From: Phaeosaccion multiseriatum
Lineage: Eukaryota; Protista; Ochrophyta, other classes
Length of the DNA: 64,000 nt
Assembly (NCBI GenBank): GCA_965112735.1
Contig: OZ218963.1
Location: 1,922,001 to 1,986,000 of the forward strand
Direction: 5' to 3'
How positions within the stretch are numbered: position 1 is the stretch's first letter; each line of letters begins with the position of its first letter. Of this stretch, positions 59,649 through 64,000 are shown piece after piece. The notes below the pieces were generated by a model that did no database searches, had not been told where the DNA came from, and was given only the letters and a program-made list of their open reading frames with translations. Made by a program: the position numbers and the translations under genes.

Positions 59649-61643
59649 ATGAAGCGGCGGGCCTCTGGGAATGTCGGGCACAAGCCTAGGCCTGCTGCCG
59701 AGCTTGGGGCCCACCCGTCCAAGAGGCGGTCAATGACAGCGGCAGGGACCAGGAGGAAGGGGGGGGCGGCACCTCAGCAGGCGAGGCCCTCACAGTTCCC
59801 AGGCAGCGCGGACGGGGCACACTTAGCCCTGGTGTCGACGGCAGGGAATGCTTCCGTTCTTGCAGCCTCGGCTCTTCGGGCCGTGGCTGCTGCTGCTACC
59901 GCTGGGGAGGACGCAGGAAGATGCGGAGGCGGGACGGTCGTTGGAGAAGGTGCTGTTGCAGAGCGTGAGGGTAATGGCGAGGGGAGCGAGGTAGGGTACG
60001 CTTCAAGGTACTGGGAAGGAAAGGGGGGGAGGTTGGGTCCGAGTGGAGCGCTAAGCCCTTCAAAGGGTGTGCCAAGAGGGAGCATATCTAAGCACTCAAG
60101 GGAACACGGGGGTGCCGACAGTGAAGGAGGGAACGGCGATAGTGGTGGAGGATGCAGCAAAAAATCTGGTCAGGACGCCGGCACGGGAGACACAGTGGAA
60201 GGCGGAGGAGGGGAGGCGGGAAGTTGCGAGGAAGACGCAGGTCAAGAGCTTGGAGCACTTCACATGGAGCATTTGCGATTCGAAATCGCCGACAGTATCG
60301 AGAAGATCTCGAGTATGGAGTGGCAATTGCGGCACCCGTGGCAGGGCCATGACGACAGGGGGAATAATTCAGGTCAAGAGGCTGACTTAGGTAAGGACAA
60401 GGAGCGCAGAGCTGGAGGAATGGGTCATGAGGGAGAAGCCGAGCGGAAGGGGGATGTCACGTCACGCTCGTATCAGCTTGATTGATTGCAGGAATACACG
60501 GCCAGGCAAGGGGATATACAGAGTCAGAGTAACCTCGGGTGTAAAGACCCTGAGGCTAGTAAGTTGTCAATGATTGGTGGGGTGTTGTTACTTCGAATCG
60601 GTCCCTCCCCCCTCTCTCGTTTCTAGGGAACAGAGCAGAAGCAGAACAAAGGGTGAGCTTGATTTACCACCTGCACCCCCCCCCCGCCCCCCCCCCCTTC
60701 TTCCTCCCCAGCGTCAACCAAAGATTTTGTTCGCTCTCTGGCTGTGGGAGATGCCTTCCACTCTCTTTTAGAGCTGTCCGAGCGGCTGGAAGTCTTGGAA
60801 AGGGGCTCGGAGGAAAACGACGAACTCTTTCAGGATGGCAGCATCTCCAAATTGATGGAGGATTCGCAAGTAGAGGTGAGACAATGAGGGAGGCATGGGG
60901 GTTCATTCTCCCTCCCTCTCGTTTCCCCTCTCTCTCCCTCCCTCCCTCCCGCCCTCTCTATCCCCGTGCTCACACCCAGCTTCCATCCTTTCAGGCCCTC
61001 ATTAGCAACACGACAAGCATGGGCGATTTGTTGGAACGCCAGAACGAAGTGGCCGCCTCCGCAGTGCAGCGCCTCCGCAAAATCTTCAAGAAGCTGCGGG
61101 ACCACTCCCACCACCCGGGTATACATCCTCTTACCATCAGCAGCGGCGTCGGCGCCTCACTGAGGGTAAGTTGATGTCCAAGGGCAACGTGGGCTGTGGG
61201 CAGCACCGACCCTGGGCTTATTACTATTTTCTGGGCCTTTCTGAGCTGATCACCATGCCTAGCCTTCACCTCTACATTATTTTCCTCCTCCTTCTCCTCC
61301 TCCTCCTCCTCCTCCTCCTCCTCCTCCTCCTCCCCTGACAGAAAGCGCAGGAGCAGAGCAAAGACGACAAGGCCTTTCTGGCGGGTCTGGTCAACGCACA
61401 GAGCGAAGCTGAAGAGCTTATCGCCGAACTGCGGGCCGTGACGGCAACGCTGACGGATAAACTAGGCAAACAAGAGCGGGAAAACCAAATTTTGGTAGTG
61501 AAAATGAAGCGGGAACAGGTGTTGTGGCGGAACATGGCCTACGAATATCAAGCTAAGATAAAGTACATGGACAAGATCGTCGCGCTGGTGAGTCTTCTTC
61601 CGTGGGCAGGGGTGGGCAACAACCTAATCTCAGTCTCTCTCAG

Positions 61644-61688
<45 letters not shown>

Positions 61689-63472
61689 GAGACACATGTC
61701 TCTCCCCCTCACTACCAGTCTCTCACCCTTTTGCTTTTGCTGACTTGCGCAGGAGGAGGGCAAGGGGCGGTTGGCGGACACGGTCGCTCGACAGGTGGGA
61801 TTGGAACTCAAGATCGAAACGAGGGATGGGGCAGCCCCGGAGGTGGAGGGAGATGAGCAGCACCTTCGAGACACGCTTGAGAATGTCAAGGCCGCCGTGG
61901 AGATGAAGGACAACGAGGTGGGCGGGGGAAATTATTGACTTTTAGGAGTCAACCTAAGCATGCGAAATTATGTGCGTGTCTCTCTCTCTGTTTGTGTGTG
62001 TGTCAGTGTGTGAGTGAGTGAGTGAGTGTGTGAGTGTATGTGTGCGTGTGTAGTGGGCAGAAGAACGGCAAAGCATAACCGCCAGTAGAGGGCGGGTGTG
62101 GTTGGTCACTTTTTGGTCCTGACACCTGAAACCTTGAACCCTACCCCATTCCCTTCTCTTTCATACTGGGATGGGTGCCTTCTCCTCCTGCCCCCACACG
62201 AATGTACTTGCCCCCCCCCCCCTCTACCCACCGTCGTCGCCAATAGCTGTCCATCATGCAAGGCAAACTCCGGGTGGCCGAGAACGAGCGAAAGCGCCTG
62301 GCAAAGACGTCCGCGTTCGAAAAGCAAAAGGCACAACGCCTTCTCGATTCTGGCGAGGCAGACAAGGCAAGCAAGATGGACCGGCTGTCTGAGGCACACG
62401 ATCGCTTTATGAGGGATGCTGCGATGGAGGCACAGAGGGCGCTGGATCAGTTACGTAAGGAGGAGGAGAGAAAGCTGCGGGATGAGCGGGAGAAATGGGC
62501 GGAGGAGAGGAGCAACCTCCTGGTGAGTGGAAGTGGAGATATGGACGGATGAGCGTTTTCAGAGGGCCTTGGGGGTGTTGCTTGGCATGATTAGGAGGGA
62601 GGAGCAGCAGGCGGGTAGAGGTGTGACGTGTGGAAGCAGAGGGGGGGGGGGATCCGCTCCCAAGCTTGGATATGAACACGGAATGATCTCACGGCGGAAT
62701 GAATTGAATTGGCTTTGGAGAAGAGAGCCTGGAAAAGTCATACTTCTGATAGGAGGTTTAAGCAGAGGTCAAGAAAGCACAACCTACCACGGCAGCTCTC
62801 ATATTCCTTTGGCGTCGTGTCACAACGGTCAAACGTATGCCTACTTGCCTCACCCCAGATCGAGTTGGACGCTTTCAAGAAGGGTTTGGACGAGGCCAAC
62901 GCCAGAGCGAGGGCCCAAGACTCCGGCGCCTCGGGTGCAGGCGGTCCTAGCGGTGCAGGTGGGGCCAATGGAGCAGGCGGTGCCAACGGGGGCGCTGCCA
63001 TTGCCCTGAAAGATGAGAAGCCGGATGAGAGGAAGACTCGTTTGGAACTGGAGAATCACCTACATGCCAAGACTGTAAAGTGCGAGAAGCTGCAGGAGAA
63101 AATCCAGGTATGGTGGACTAGACTAGACGGTTTCGTCACACACTTTGTCGCCGCGTGTGTGTGCGTGCGTGCGTGCGTGCGTGCGTGTGTGTGCGTGCGT
63201 GCGTGAGTGTGTGTGTGCGTGCGTGCGTGTGCGTGTGTGCGTGACCATACGTACGAGATACAAATTCGTACGTACACGTTAGCGCCAGCCCCCGGTCAGG
63301 CTAAGACAAGGTCTCGGCTTTCGTTTACCCCTTCGGGACTCTGTTCTGATGGCGGTGGTTGGCCTCCAGGCCTCCTCCTCCTTCTTCTTCTTCTTCTTCT
63401 TCTTCTTCTTCTTCTTCTTCTTCTTCTTCTTCTTCTTCTTCTTCTTCTTCTTCTTCTTCTTCTTCTTCTTCT

Positions 63473-63519
<47 letters not shown>

Positions 63520-64000
63520 TTCTTCTTCTTCTTCTTCTTCTTCTTCTTCTCCTTCTTCTTCTTCTTCTTCTTCTTCTTCTTCTTCTTCTTCTTGGCGGGT
63601 CTTCGCCTTTTAGACGGTTTGGCCTGGAGGCAAATGTCGTGCCTCCCTGTGTATCCTATCTATCTTGCACTTCCTCACCGATATGAAACGCGCAGGCGCG
63701 CACACACACACACACTCACACACTCACACACACACGCACGCACGCACACACACACACATACATTGCAATCATGCCCCTTCGTCGCCACCATGCCATGCCC
63801 TCCGGTCACTCACACCAAACACGATGTCAGACGCTGCAAGAGCTCAACAAGGAGCTTAGAGAGACTGTGGAGGGCGCCGTAACGCTTAGCGACAACGGCG
63901 GTGGGGACTCCGATCAGACGCTTCCTCCCTCCACCACGGCGGCTGAGCTCAAGAAGCTCAAGGTGAGGAGGGAGGGAGCATTGATGTTGGCTTCGTCGAC
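59649..64000 (+). CDS. Coiled-coil protein of unknown function; multi-exon, runs off the window
   Basis: Disordered first exon, then heptad-like charged exons (KLGKQERENQILVVKMKREQVLWRNMAYEYQAKIKYMDKIVAL; MQGKLRVAENERKRL...; TRLELENHLHAKTVKCEKLQEKIQ) bounded by GT-AG sites. Confidence 0.65.

Overview
Eukaryotic, GC-rich, intron-dense nuclear DNA, probably from a photosynthetic stramenopile (ochrophyte). This is inferred from three bipartite signal+transit-type N-termini and a brown-alga-like PMP-repeat protein. About 14 spliced genes can be read by hand: a DDX21-like helicase (partial), a CHAT-STAND-SH2 protein, DCP1, an SLC35B3-like transporter, a large EF-hand-repeat protein, homoserine dehydrogenase, a plastid membrane protein, ZC3HC1/NIPA-like, hemE, CNOT9, a CREST-like membrane protein, a PMP-repeat adhesin, an AAAP transporter and a coiled-coil protein (partial). 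Introns carry many microsatellites, and intergenic DNA carries many small transposons. Two signals stand out. (1) A 16-exon gene (4535-12450, about 1023 aa) joins a caspase-like CHAT protease, an NLR-type STAND NTPase and a STAT-type linker-SH2 domain with a C-terminal tyrosine tail. (2) At least seven non-autonomous elements share 5'-TCGRC...GYCGA-3' termini, and several have clean 6-bp target-site duplications; one is a nested composite carrying a (GGGA)n tract. All calls come from manual reading without database searches, and exon boundaries are inferred from GT-AG sites and frame continuity.
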